A stretch of DNA of 52,256 nt from contig NC_057749.1 in assembly GCF_004010195.1 (NCBI RefSeq), positions 15,140,998-15,193,253 of the forward strand, given 5' to 3'. Below, piece after piece: positions 1-12,665 of this stretch (its first letter is position 1; every line of letters starts with the position of its first letter). This DNA comes from Chiloscyllium plagiosum (Eukaryota). The notes beneath the pieces are model-generated. The model was not told the origin of the DNA, ran no database searches, and saw only the letters and a program-made list of their open reading frames with translations. The position numbers and the translations under genes were made by a program.

Positions 1-149
1 ACGTTTGCCAACCTCCAGTCTTCCGGCACCTCACCTGTGACTATCGATGACACAAATATCTCAGCAAGAGGCCCTGCAATCACTTCTCTAGCTTCCCACA
101 GAGTTCTCGGGTACACCCGATCAGGTCCTGGGGATTTATCCACCTTTAA
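1..149 (-). mobile_element. CR1-clade LINE (HER1-like) ORF2 fragment, runs off window edge
   Basis: Minus strand translates LKVDKSPGPDRVYPRTLWEAREVIAGPLAEIFVSSIVTGEVPEDWRLAN, the KSPGPD...P.DW motif at the start of the CR1 RT domain. Confidence 0.9.
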
Positions 150-524
150 GTCCTGGGCCATCCTCTGTCAATTTCCAAATGCTGTGTAATTCCCCCAGTT
201 AGGAGACAGAAGGGCTGAGTGTGTCTGCGTGTGCACGTTTTTGTGTGTGGGTGTGAGACAGAGTGAGAAAGAGAGAGAGAAAGTGAGACTATGAGAGAGA
301 TAATTTGAGACAAAGACTGCAGGTGAGTGCCCTGGTACATTCTTTCCCAAATCCTCGGGCTTTGACACTCATATGACACTGACACCATCAGCCAGTCTCT
401 GCACGGTCAGGGGTAGCTGTAATGGTCATCTCACAGATGTTACAGCTTTTTATTTTGGAGGAAGGGAGAGGATCAAGGTTAGGTCTTGGAATAACTCATG
501 CTCCCTAAACCTATGAGCCCCTCA

Positions 525-682
525 CACTGCAAATGCTGGTGACCTGAAATAGAAACTGCTGGAAATACTCTACAGGTCTGACCAACTTTCTGCTTCAAGT
601 TGATGAATGGTTACAATGGAAATGCTAACTCTTTTTCTCTCCACAAACGCTGCATGACCAGCTGAGAATTTACAGCACAGCT
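525..682. mobile_element. Old, diverged Penelope-terminus fragment with inverted arrangement
   Basis: aaatgctgg..ctggaaatactc..caggtctg followed by its complement-like ctctccaca..gctgc..gacc.gctgag; resembles younger copies at 17608 and 44526. Confidence 0.5.
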
Positions 683-824
683 CTGTCACTGGTCTCTTGC
701 CTCAGGAAGCAGCTGACAAGAAATCAGCCTGGCTCATCCCTCAGTTCCTAACCAGTTCCGTGTGTAATGTTGTAAGACAGCCATGGCCCACTCGCTCAGT
801 CCTTCCTTATCAACACTGAGTACT

Positions 825-1060
825 CAGAATTTACAGCACATAAGGAGGCCACTTGTCCCATCGTGTCTGTACCAGCTTTTGAAAAAGCTACCCAACGAGT
901 CCCAGTCTCTAGCCCTATCTCTATAGCCCTCTAAGTTCATCACTTTCACATACAAATCTCTTTTGAAACCTCAGATGGATTCCACCTCCCCCATCTTCCC
1001 AGGCAGTACAGTCCAAATCCTAACAACACTCTGTGTAAAGGAGTTCCTCATCTCACTCCC
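825..1060 (-). mobile_element. Old CR1-type LINE 3' end
   Basis: tacagcaca..ggaggcc...cccatcgtgtctgtaccagc and caggcagt...tccaaatcctaacaac.ctctgtgtaaa resemble antisense CR1 3' ends elsewhere in the window. Confidence 0.6.
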
Positions 1061-1365
1061 TTCATTCTGCATAACTCATCAGTTTCCCACATCAAACCTC
1101 GCTCACAAACAGGTCAATGTGCAGACAACAGCTCATTCCCAAAATCCAAACAAACAATCTCCTGCACAGCCTCGCAATCACTTCCTCTAAGCGGCCTGCC
1201 CAGTTCTTCGAGGTTAGGGAACAGCCAGTGTGGCCTGTCAGGTTTGCTCTGCGATTCTCTATCAGATCATGGCTGGTCTGTTCTCCCTTTAAGTCACATA
1301 ACTCTCTCTAGTTTATGTACATCAGTCTTGAGAGCTCCAATTGACCCCAATATCTCCAGGCTTTA

Positions 1366-1722
1366 GGGAGGCGATGGCCTAGTGGTGTCATCGCTGGACT
1401 GTTAATCCAGAGATCCGGATAATGTTCTGAGGATCCGGTTTAAATCCTGCCACAGCAGATGGTGGAATCTGAATTCGATAAATCTCTGAAATTAAGAATC
1501 TAACGATGACCAAGAATTCATTGCCAATTGTCAGAAAAACCCATCTGATTCATTAATGTCGTTTAGGAAAGCAAACTATCATCTTTACCTGGTCTGACGT
1601 ACATGTGACTCCAGACCCACAGCAATGTATGGACTCTTAACTATCGTCTGGGCAATTAGGGATGGGCAATAAATGCTGGTCTAGGCCAGCAACGCCCACA
1701 CCCCGATAACAAATGAAGAAAG
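1366..1722 (+). mobile_element. tRNA-derived SINE, family 2 (non-HE1), near full length
   Basis: Head ggcgatggcctagtgg (A-box) and ccggtttaaatcc (B-box-like); tail gggcaataaatgctggtctaggccagcaacgcccaca; several other copies in window. Confidence 0.85.
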
Positions 1723-2554
1723 AGGCAAAATTCCAGATTTCCACTGCCCTTCCCGGAATGCATCTGCTGATGTCTTTTGTCAACAGCCTCAAAATATACT
1801 TCCCTCATGAAACATGCAACAGCATATTCCAAATGGAACATTACATTCAACTGATTCCCCTGTAGCATGTCCCACAACATCACTGCAATACACAAAATAT
1901 ACCTACATTCATTTCAGTTCAAGCATACAGCCCTGAGGCGTTCAACCCAGGTACGACATCATGATGCATTATGGCCAGATGGCTCCTAAACTGTGGCCAC
2001 TCCCTGCTCAGCCTCTGCACTGGCTGACCCAAACAAGTCCCTATGGTCCAGGAATTGGCAATGCGTTAGTCTGCAGAGGTTGAGATCAATTCCACTTTTG
2101 AGTCACGGCCTTCCGTGTCACAGGAAGCAGTTTCTGTCTGTGTACCCTAATCAAATCGCTTGAACATTTTAAGCACAAGATTGTTCCTCAATCTTCTAAA
2201 CTCAAGGGAATACAAACCAAGTGTGTGTGAGACCATCCCTCAAAATCTAAGACCAACTCTTACAGGTGCTGAAAATTGAAACCCGGGTGCATTAGCTGCA
2301 TCTATGAATGTGCATATAGTAGTAAGTTTAATCTCATTATTCCATTATGACCTCCCACCCCTACTGTTAAAATGGAGAAAGAATGAGTCTTGAATTTAAT
2401 GGCACCTCGCAAACATTTCAATGAACTTTGTAAACAATGGAAAATTCTGGAATGCAGCGTGCTTGATAGTGTGCCACCTATTGATTAAGAACTGCCCTAT
2501 TTTTAACTTCCTCGATTCTCTCCTTGATGGTTACAAGTTTACATCCAAAATTAC

Positions 2555-3095
2555 AGGCTTGTGTGGGATATCAATCCCACTCCAGACTTGGAGCATGTAA
2601 TCCAAGGATCTTGTGGGGTGCAGTGACAATGTCACTGCCTCTGAGCCAGGAGACCTGGGATCAATTCCTCCCTGCTCCAGAGGTGTGTCAGAACATGTTC
2701 AAACAGGTTGATTATGAGTACCTATAATTCTGGGCAAAACTCCAGGGCAGTACTGTGGGAGTGCGGCACTGCTAGAGATGCTGTATTTCAGATGGATGGG
2801 AGAAGATCCCATACCATTGTTCAGCAAGGAAGTGGAGTTTGCCGGGTGCTGCTCTGGTCAACATCAATCTCTCAGACAACTTGACTTAAATAAATAAGAT
2901 GGCTATTATTGCGAAGCTGTATGGAAAGTGGCTGCTGTGTTTCCCATATCGCAAGTACACTCCATTTATTGTGAAATGGCATCAGCTAGCAATACCTTGC
3001 CAGTGATGTCTACATCTCAAAGATTTTCGCTTTTTAATTAAAAAGCAGCACTTCGGAACATCTAAGTCATTAAAGCTCGATAAATGCAAGCTCCT
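2555..3095 (+). mobile_element. Ancient Deu-domain-like SINE relic interrupted by a short tRNA-derived SINE (about 2612-2725)
   Basis: gcagtactgtgggagtgcggcactgct.gagatgctg.tttcagatg...gaagatccca and L2-like tail taaatgcaag; inserted gggtgcagtg..ctgggatcaattcc..aacaggttgatt. Confidence 0.5.
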
Positions 3096-4584
3096 TCTCA
3101 ATTGATTTTTTACAAAGCATTATCCCTCAACACAACTCAGACCAAAGGCCACATCTGCTTCAGCTGGCAACTCACGCGAGAGTTAGAGGCCCACGACTTT
3201 AGCAAAACAGTAGTCAGCTCCTAATGAAAGTCAAGCTCTTCTTGCAGGGTTTCAACGTGGCACCTTCTTAGGGGCAATACACGTTGGCCCAGGCAGCGAC
3301 ACACACATCCTGCGATAAAATGATCACTTTTTTCTTTAAAAGCTTTTTATGGGATCTTGCTGAGCACATTTACCCACTCAACAGCAATGTAGTGACTTCC
3401 GTGGAGCAATGTGGGAGGCATCATCAGTGACTACATAACTGCAAATCGCTGTTCAAAGCGCAGTTGAAGTGCTTACATTGGTAGGGGCCCAATCGAAACT
3501 GCATCAAGAAACATCTTTCAGGAGTGCCAACCGACAAAAACGTACAACGCAGAAGGTAAAACCTCTGTGTCACAATCTTGGCTTTCTCTGAGCACACTGC
3601 TCATGAGCTCCAAGTTACAGAAACCTAGAAGGCAGAATACTTAACACTTCTGAAGGAGAAACAAGTTTTGTTTTCTTTAGATCAGAACTGCTTGAAATCC
3701 AGAGGAAATTGTGGGAATTTAATTTCATCCCTAGGATCCTATGGGACACTCGATGGGTCTTGTTCTGGCACAGTCCGAGTGGAGAGTGTATCGCAGGTGG
3801 GGAGTGCTGTGTGTACGACTCCCGGTTCATTCACTTTGACCCACAGTGTGCGCCTTGGGCTGTTTAGCCTGCGTATCGCACAGCTCTGGTTCGACTCGAG
3901 ATGCTGGACCCATTTCAACCATGGGAGGTACGAAAGACAGAAACAACTTTCAAACTGAACTCGCCAGCTGGAATCTGCTCCGGCGTTTCCCTCTGGGCGA
4001 GACGGGTGTCACTGGGATGGAAGCCAGGAGTTTATTTTTAAGGACAACAATGGAAGCATCCATTGTAACCCAGCCACACCTTACAGTGCCCTGCAGTGCA
4101 TTCCCAACGCGCCATACTGCGAGTGAGAGGTGAAGGGCAGGGCCTCTTCTCATGGCTCCTCCACGGGAAGCTGGGTGCCAACACTCTGCTGAAAGGGGAT
4201 CAAGAAGTCCTTCCAGCCTTATGTCGAACATTCCACCCCGGAACCAACACCAGCAGAGCTCCGACAGATTAGCTGCTCATTCAACCCTCTGCAGTTTGTG
4301 GAATGGAGTTTCAGGCATGAGGGCAGTGAGAACAAGGCTCCTCCCAGTGATCGATGTGGGACCCGCCGGAGGCTGACCAAGACATCAGATCATGACTAGG
4401 CCCGGCTTCCTGCGACAGTGGTTCCCAAAACCTTTAGGGAGATAAGACTCAGACTTAAAATCTGGATGTTTCTCTTACCTCTCAGCTTTCTTCCATGCCT
4501 GCTGCCGTGTTTTGACAACTTTGGTTTTGTGACCAAGATGGCACTGGGGAATGGTGACTGTACTCCAATGCTTGAGTGCATGCG

Positions 4585-4900
4585 ACAACTCACTGGTAAA
4601 GTGCTGCATCCCCACAGATTCCTGGGAATCACTGGCCCAAGACGGTCCAGAGTGGAAGAACATCCGGGAAGGCGTCAGGTACCTCGAGACTTGCCATCGG
4701 GAAAATGCAGAAGCCGGGGGGAACAGCATAAGGAGCGCGCTGCCATACCAACACACCACCCACCCTCTGCCATGACCACCACCTGCCCCCAGTGTAACAG
4801 AGCCTGTGGTAGCTGCATCGGTCTGTAGAGCCACCTACACACACCCTGAGAGTGGAACAGAGTCATTCTCATCTGTGTGGGACCACCAATGATGACAATG
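4585..4900 (+). mobile_element. RTE-clade LINE 3' end (ORF2 C-terminus and 3' UTR)
   Basis: Translates SLVKCCIPTDSWESLAQDGPEWKNIREG then, frameshifted, TCPQCNRACGSCIGL*SHLHTH (WE.LA.DR..W motif plus C2H2-like finger); ends in an atg/gat-type tail. Confidence 0.75.
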
Positions 4901-6297
4901 ACTATAAAACCTAACTCTGTGAGAAAGGTTGCCAGGCATAGCCTGATGCATCTTAGCTGACTGGTCACTCACGCTGACAGCACAACAGCAACTCCGACTC
5001 CTCCTGAACACACAACAACGGCAGAGAGGCTGGTACATGCCAGTCACTGGAAATGGATCACAAACTTCACACACGAGTGCCTCTTCACCCGGAGCTGAGG
5101 AGGGTTGCTGAGGGAGGGGAATTTGGAAGCCATTTTGCAAAGGGGTAACTGGGAGATGAGTGGTTAGAAAAAAAAACCCAGTGCCCACAATCCCTTGTCA
5201 ACTCCCGGTCAAAAGGTAAATACACAGTAGGGGACAGGAGAAAGGGAACTTGTGGCTGCTTTCCACACAGCCCCAATTGTTCAAGGTTAAAACAACTCTG
5301 CTGAAGGTCTCTTACAGTCAGACAACTAGGTCTGAATCATTTGGGAAATGAAAGGTCGCATGAAAAGGGCAGGCAAGTGGACGTGAGGAGTGTCTGATCA
5401 GCCATGAGTCTATCGAATGGTGGAGCAGGCCCAAGGGCCTGAATGGCCTCCTCCTATTCCTACCGCTGTCATACAGCTACCATAAGAGAACCAAGGCTGG
5501 GCAACATTTTACACAAAGCTGGTGACTCCATTTTTGCTTACGACTTAACGAATGCGCACATTCCAACAACAGTGTGCACTTTTTTTCTTAAGCAGGAAGA
5601 ATGTCAAAGGAAGAGCTATATCCCACAATGTAAAAGAGGTTGAAAAGAGACACTGAGTCACTCCTGGTTAGGTGACGCCAGGCCCACATTTTAACAAACA
5701 AGGGAAGATCAAGGATGAGGGCCCCACAATTCTGAAGTCTTGCAGGAAAGGAGGGAAGAGGAGAAACAGGGCATGGTCTAGAGGTAGAAACATCCCACAT
5801 AGACTGTGACTAGATCTTCAGGTTAACCATCAGAGAACAAACCCTCCACCTTCTTACTATAGAATTAAAGCATCAAGCCATTAAGTCCAGGATGTTTTGT
5901 TCTGTCAGTGCAGATTTGGCAGATCTGAAATACCATTGCAAATAGCATTGACACTACACATTGCCTCAGGGCCCCCAGGCTGGGGACTGAAAACAAAATC
6001 TCAGGATGTTGGTGACCACGATAAGATCTCATTTAATAGCCATTCCTACACAATAGAACATTTCCTTCTACTCCCACTCACATGATGATGTTAGCTAGTA
6101 TATGCCAGTGTTTTAACCGAATGATGAAATGGCGCAATCGCCCAACTTGTTTTTAAAAACAGACTGGCCATTCAGCCCATTGATTCTGTAATGTCTCGCT
6201 GAGTAGTCACGTTCCCCTGCTTCTTACCCATAACCCTGACCATTGTTTCTATTTAAACAATCACCTAATGTCTTCAATGTGGGTCTTTTTGTGGTGA

Positions 6298-6441
6298 CTT
6301 AGAGTCCTAGAGATGTACAGCATGGAAACAGATCCTTCGGTCCAATTCATCCACGCCACCCAGATATCCCAACCTAATCTAGTCCCCCCTGCCAGCACCC
6401 GGCCCATATCCCTCCAAACCCTTCCTATTCATATACCCATC
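6298..6441 (-). mobile_element. HER1/CR1 LINE 3' tail fragment
   Basis: tagagtcctagagatgtacagcatggaaacagatccttcggtcc matches the tail at 21114-21250. Confidence 0.85.
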
Positions 6442-6479
6442 TTCAGTTGGATAAATGAAAGGGACTGGAATTAGCCAGT

Positions 6480-6776
6480 AGCCTTCCAAAACCACGATTA
6501 CTTCCATCTGGAAGGACAGGGGCAGCAGATACATGGGAACACCATCCCTGACAAATTCCCCTCCAGGCCACTCACCATCCTGACTCGGAAATACATCGCC
6601 ATTCCTTACGTGCCGCTCTACCAAAATCCTGCAATTCCCTCTCTATAGGGGCATTGTAGGTCAAACTACAGCGGTTCAAGACTGCAGCTCACCACCACCC
6701 TAAGGGGCAACTAGGGATGGGCAATAAATGCCAGACCAGACAGCGATGCCCATGTCCCTTGAAAGGATAAACAAAA
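6480..6776 (+). mobile_element. LINE 3' end sharing its tail with SINE family 2
   Basis: Ends cagcggttcaag..gcagctcaccaccac...gggcaactagggatgggcaataaatgcc; the terminal ~60 nt match the SINE tail at 1650-1715. Confidence 0.75.
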
Positions 6777-6906
6777 TTGCCCACACTTGAGTCTTCAAGT
6801 AGGAAGAGGAGATACCTGGGGAGGTGAGGGGGGGAAGAAATGGAGCTTCAAATGAACTCCACATTCAATACTTGTATCACCAAATGGGACAATTGGACAC
6901 TTAACA

Positions 6907-7100
6907 TGGAGATGGTGGTGGTGGACTGGGGTGGACAAATTCAGAAGTTACATGACATCAGATAATAGGCGCATTAGAAATCACAGCTTTGAGCATTGCC
7001 CTTTCATACGTGAAGTCAGAATGAAGAAGCAGCGCTCTGAAAGCTCGTGATTTCAAATAAACCTGTTGGACTATAACCTGGTGTCGTGTGACTTCTGGCT
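6907..7100. mobile_element. Penelope-terminus fold-back element (family B), diverged
   Basis: Inverted arms cagaagttacatgacatcag / ctggtgtcgtgtgacttctg; flanked by gacacttaaca (6896-6906) / gacacataaca (7101-7111). Confidence 0.7.
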
Positions 7101-8123
7101 GACACATAACAGATGAGGTAGCAGTATAAACACACATGGTCTCTCATCTATGTGCATGGTCAATGAGTGTCACGTCTAATAAAGATAAATTTACCAGCGA
7201 AATAGTGCTCTGTTTAACGTGGATTAATGAGGATTCACACAAGCACCAGTCTTGTATATTACAAACTATAAGAGCCTACTCCTCTGAAGTACCTCCGAGT
7301 GCCACACTGAATAACTATGAAGTTGCAATAACACACATTTATTAACACTGCTCCTATTTTACAGGCCGTGAGATTCCACAAGGAGTTGAATGTCCAACGA
7401 TATGCTGTGTAGGCGACTGGGAGCATGGAACAGGAAGCTCCGAGAACTTCTGGGTCCACTTTGAACGGGATCTTGAACGAACCCAAGAGAGTCAGAGCAT
7501 TAGCTCACCATCTTTATCTGAGCAGCACTACATTTGACAATGTAGCACTCCCTCGGCACTGCTCCGGATGGGTGTCGGGCTCCACAGGCCACAGCCCGGT
7601 GACAAGTGGGCCAAGTCTCGGGATGGCTTGGTTGACGTGGAAACCAAAGGCCGGTCTTTGCATATCCAGCCCCATAAAGTCAAACGGGAGCCTCTCAGAG
7701 GTCACCTTTGCACTGGGTATCTTCACACCCAGACCTCCATGAAAAAACTGTGGACAAATTTATTGTCGAGACCCTGCCAGCCCACGGTTCACACTGCGCC
7801 ATGGAAAACTGATGTAATCAAACTCATAATTTAGTCTACTGCTAGGTTGGTGTTTGAGACCACACCAGTTGGCCTCAGTCCCTTTGGGCCAAAAAAGAGG
7901 AACAAAATCAGCCAGAGTTCCTGCTATTGACAGTTAGTTAACCAACCCTACTGGAAAGGCAACGTGTGAGGCTGGCAGACAGAAAGGAACTGGAGCCCTG
8001 GCTGAAATGGTCCCCCCGCACGACTCGACGGCCATTGGCAATCAACTTAAACTCAGAAAAGAAGGGGGCGGGGAGGAAGGAAATGGACAATAAACACACA
8101 GACGAACAGCGTGCAGGCTAAAC

Positions 8124-8314
8124 CTTGCCTAAAACGTGCAGAACGGGTGACAAAATTCCGCACTGCTGAGGGACGGAGAAGGGGATTTAAGCACCGGCTC
8201 AAGGAGATGCAGCAGTTCTCAAATCTCTTGCATCTTATTCTGATGACATCACTTCTCAAAGTAAAGCTTCTTAATGAAGTGTAAAACTCGTCTGAACTGG
8301 TCTGCTCTGCCATT
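8124..8314 (-). other. Candidate exon or regulatory element in unique sequence
   Basis: Minus-strand acceptor ctctttgtttacag|A, weak donor caag|gtttag; open 63-codon frame MAEQTSS...; no recognisable homology. Confidence 0.25.
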
Positions 8315-8971
8315 CTGTAAACAAAGAGCAGGCTTTTTTCAACCAACGAGGAGGAAATGCAAGGGCCCACATCAAACATTCACTTCCATAAATAATTGAA
8401 ATAGGATGCGGTAATTTTCCTCAAACAAACAATGCCACAACTGTAAAATGTTTTGCCACGGACACAAAGCCTTGTATTCAAGACGTTCAGAGAGTGGCCC
8501 CAGCAAGGCCCAGTGGTGGGCTTCTCTCTCTCCCTCCCTCCCCCTCCTTGACTTAGAGAGAGAGAGAGAGAGAGACATGGGTGTTGGGGGGGGAACAAAG
8601 TTTAATTTGGACAAGGGAAGTATGGTGTTAGCGGTTTAACATGCACCTTTTGTTGTGTTCTCTCCTGATCAACGGAGTCTCAAGACCTCCCACAGTCAGG
8701 ATTCTTTCTGTACTTGTATGACCAGGGGCTTTGCTAAGCTAGTCAGCTCAGTCTTAAAGAGACAGTCCCTCTTTTCTGCCACTTCCATGTGCTACAGATC
8801 TCAGCAGCTTCTCTTTGTTTATACCCTCCTCCTTATCCAAACAGGGATTGTTGTGGGTTTTATTAAAATGCATCATAACATTATAACTGCATGAGGGGGT
8901 TATACAGACAAAGAATGACACAATCAATGCTTCATGGAGAACTACACTGGAAATAGGAGTAGGCCATTCAG

Positions 8972-9626
8972 TCCGCCGTCATTTCCGCCACCTCCAAACG
9001 GACCCCACCACCAAGGATATATTTCCCTCCCCTCCCCTATCAGCATTCCGTAAAGACCACTCCCTCCGTGACTCCCTTGTCAGATCCACACCCCCCACCA
9101 ACCCAACCTCCACTCCTGGCACCTTCCCCTGCAACCGCAGGAGGTGCAAGACTTGCGCCCACACCTCCCCCCTCACCTCCCTCCAAGGTCCCAAAGGAAA
9201 CTTCTATATCCGCCACAGATTCACCTGCACCTCCACACACATCATCTATTGCATCCTCTGCACCCGATATGGCCTCCTCTATATTGGGGAGACAGGCCGG
9301 CTACTTACGGAGCGTTTCAGAGAACACCTCTGGGACACCCGGACCAACCAACCCAACCACCCTGTAGCTCAACATTTCAACTCCCCCTCCCACTCCACCA
9401 AGGATATGCAGGTCTTCGGACTCCTCCATCGTCAGACCACAAAACGACGGTTGGAGGAAGAACACCTCATCTTCCGGCTAGGAACCCTCCAACCACAAGG
9501 GATGAACTCAGATTTCACCGCCCGAAATGTCGATTCTCCTGTTCCCTGGATGCTGCCTGACCTGCTGCGCTTTTCCAGCAACACATTTCCAGCTCTGATC
9601 TCCAGCATCTGCAGACCTCACTTTCT
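8972..9626 (+). mobile_element. Penelope-like element 3' fragment encoding a GIY-YIG endonuclease domain, joined to its terminal repeat
   Basis: Uninterrupted frame RHFRHLQTDP...CNRRRCKTC...IIYCILCTRYGLLYIGETGRLLTERFREH...PVAQHF...RRLEEEHLIFRLGTLQPQGMNSDF; flanked by ccattcag (8964-8971 and 9627-9634). Confidence 0.92.
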
Positions 9627-9679
9627 CCATTCAGCCCATCAAGCCTGCTCTACCATTCAGCCAGATCCTTGCTGATCGT

Positions 9680-9981
9680 GGAATCCCCACAGTATGGAAA
9701 CAAGCCATTTGGCCCACTGAGTCCACACTGACCCTCTGAAGGGCATCCCTCCCAGACCCAACCCCCTGCCCTATCCCTGTAACCCTACATTTCCCATGGC
9801 TAATCCACCTAGCCTGCACATCCCTGGACACTATGGCCGTACTAAACTGCCCAATCCACCTAATTTGCACATCTTTGGACTGTGGGAGGAAACCCACGCA
9901 GACACGGGGAGAATGTGCAAACTCCACACAGACAGTCACCCGAGGCTGGAATTGAACCCAGGTCCCTGGTGCTGTGAGGCA
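9680..9981 (-). mobile_element. HE1-type V-SINE
   Basis: V-domain core gtggagtttgcacattctccccgtgtctgcgtgggtttcc and tRNA-like head on the minus strand. Confidence 0.92.
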
Positions 9982-10097
9982 CCTTCTACTCAAGCACTTC
10001 AAAGCCTTCAGGACTCAACACTGAGTTCAACACCTTCAGACCATGATCCCTCTCCCCCATTGTGATTAGCCCACCCTCACTCACTGATTTATTTACA

Positions 10098-10386
10098 TAG
10101 AAGAATAGAATCCTTCCAGTGTGGAAACAGGCCATTTGGCCCAACGTGTCCACACTGACCCTCCGAAGAGTATCTCACATTGCTCTACATTTCACCTGAC
10201 TAATGCAAATAACCTACACATCCCTGAACACTACGGGCAATTGAGCATGGCCAATCCACCTGACCTGCACATCTTTGGACTGTGGGAGGAAACCGAAGCA
10301 CCAGGGGAAACCCACGCAGACACGGGAAGAATGCGCAAACTCCACACAGACCGTCACCCGAGGATGGAGTCGAACCCTGGTGCTGT
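10098..10386 (-). mobile_element. HE1-type V-SINE
   Basis: Same core and tail (ttccacactg...ttctattctt). Confidence 0.9.
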
Positions 10387-10494
10387 TGATGTCTTCAACA
10401 TCAAAGCCAATTTTCCACACTGTCCCCCATCCCCCCCAGTATTCCTCAATATCTGTAATGTCTAACATTTATGTAGCACCTTGCACAACATGGC

Positions 10495-10645
10495 AAACTA
10501 TCTGCAGATAGTAAGATCCCACAACCGGCAATGCAAGAGCATCTTTTTTCAGTGATGTTTGTTGAGGGCTGAATGTTGGCCATGACGCGGGTGAGAACTC
10601 CCCTTCTCTTCATCAATAGAAGATCATTATGCCTGGGCATTCCTC
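10495..10645 (-). mobile_element. Ancient Deu-domain-like SINE fragment
   Basis: gatcccacaa...gcaatg...agtgatgtt.gttgaggg..aatgttggcca.gac.cggg.gagaactcccc; similar to 41570-41700. Confidence 0.5.
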
Positions 10646-11293
10646 ACCTGTGCATTTCCAGGATATGAATAGGCTGCTGAATGTTCCTAATATACAATGG
10701 GGACTACACTTCAAAAGGTTCATCGGTGGATGTAATGTGCCGGGTCTTAGCACCTTTCATGGTCTCTATGTAAATGCCGGCTCTCTCCTTTCAAACTACA
10801 CCTTGACGACAGTGAAAACTTACCCAGGTGCCTTTGCCAACTTCAGGCAGTCATTCCCTCTGTTTAAAAGATTACTTGAACAAGGTGGAGGGACGGGAAA
10901 TGGGAATCTGATGTCCCATCTACATTTTCTACACTTCTCCAAAATCACGGACTCCTCAAACCGGGTTGGCATGGACCAGTCAGACCATAAGGATATGTTT
11001 CCATACTGGATGGTTCTATGACTCTAACCCAGACTTTAATCGCTCCAATGTTTCTTTCAAAATATTCAAGCTCCAAAATTCTCCTTTTCTGTCTCTTTTT
11101 GTGCCTTTAACAAACTTTGGCATCTGCTCCAAAACCAACTGATGATGCGTCAAGTTGTGTCTGATCAACATGTTAAGATGCATTCAAGGTGCTATATAAG
11201 TGCAAGTCGCTGTTACAGGTAGAGGAACCAATAGAAGTAATTTATATTGTGCCATACCTTCTCTCCAATGGTAGTGGAAGAGACTATGAAAGT

Positions 11294-11297
<4 letters not shown>

Positions 11298-11330
<33 letters not shown>
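11298..11330. repeat. (AG)n microsatellite
   Basis: Pure AG run. Confidence 0.95.
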
Positions 11331-11332
<2 letters not shown>

Positions 11333-12444
11333 TGTGCAAGTCAGTGTAAGAGTGTGCAAGTGCGTTCGAGAGAGACGGTGCGAGTGACAACATAAGAATG
11401 AGACTCACTTCTACAAAGAGGTACAATCAGGAAGTAAAAGCTTGCAGTAACTCAGAAACATTGCAAAAGTGCACTGGGATGGTCATCGTTTGGACTCTTT
11501 ATGAATAACAAAGACGCCCCCCCCCGCCCAGAAAAACCACCTTGCTGAAGTCTGTCCTTTTCAGCTAATAACCTCAGAGATTCACGATCATTGTTTCGCA
11601 TTAAGACTTCATCAAGATACAGCAGTTAACACTTGGTGAGTTGAGTCACTCTCTCCTCAATCAGCTCTTTCCTAACTGGGTACCATTGTGTACACGCTGA
11701 TGATTACATTAGTTGCGCCAATTTTCTGGAGAAAATAAAATAAATAAGCAAAGAGGGAGTCCCATTTAACAAAGCTGAAGGAACAAGCTTTGAACGTCTG
11801 AGGCAAATCGGATTATAGTTTCTAAATCCCTCAAGCATTGTGGAGACTGATCAGACGACTCATATTTTTGGCACAAGGGTCTCCCCCAAAGCCCTGCAGA
11901 GGCTGGGGGCGGGCTGAGAACGAGCCATTCACCTTCCCTTGATAGATGGGATGGTTGCTGCTCTGCAGACCCCTTCCTCTACCCCCCACCCACCTCATAG
12001 GCCACCCACAATCCTTGGGGTGGGGACACACAGTGGAGGGAAAGACCAAAACAGTGGCCTCCGTTGACATGGTCTCTTAACGCCATCACATCCGCAGGCA
12101 TCCTTTGCAGAACCTGTTGTAAGCACTAATCCTCAAAAAAGCCTGGAAGGGAACTCTGTGAGGCAGGTGGCATGGGGTTTAACCCTTCCACTAGAGAGAG
12201 GACTGGCCTGCCTGGACAAGCACTGTACCTGGCCAGGGGACGTCAAAAGCATCATTTCCTGCAGGCTGCATTTTGGGAGCTGATTTTAGCCATGTTTAGT
12301 TTAATGCAAATAGGGCAGCTTTAAACTCTTTTGTTGGCCAATGTGGGTCCTTTGCTACAGATGGAGCTCGCTCCTGGGATTGGAACTGCATCCAACAATC
12401 AATAATCAATTCAGCAAATCAATTAACTCTTAACTGACCAAGTC

Positions 12445-12665
12445 AGAGTCTGACATGTGCAGCACGGAAACAGACCTTTCTGTCTAATTCATCCATGCCG
12501 CCCAAATACCCTAAATTAATCTAGTCCCATTTGGCCCATATCCTCTATACCCTTCCTATTCATATACACATCCAAATGCCTTTTGAATGCTGTAATTGTA
12601 CCAGCCTCCACCACTTCCTCTGGCAGCTCATTCCATACATGCACCCCCTCTGCGTGAAAAAGCGT
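12445..12665 (-). mobile_element. HER1/CR1 LINE 3' end
   Basis: Matches 21120-21350 (ctagtcccatt..ggcccatatcc..ttgtaccagcctccaccacttcctctggcagctcattcc). Confidence 0.88.
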
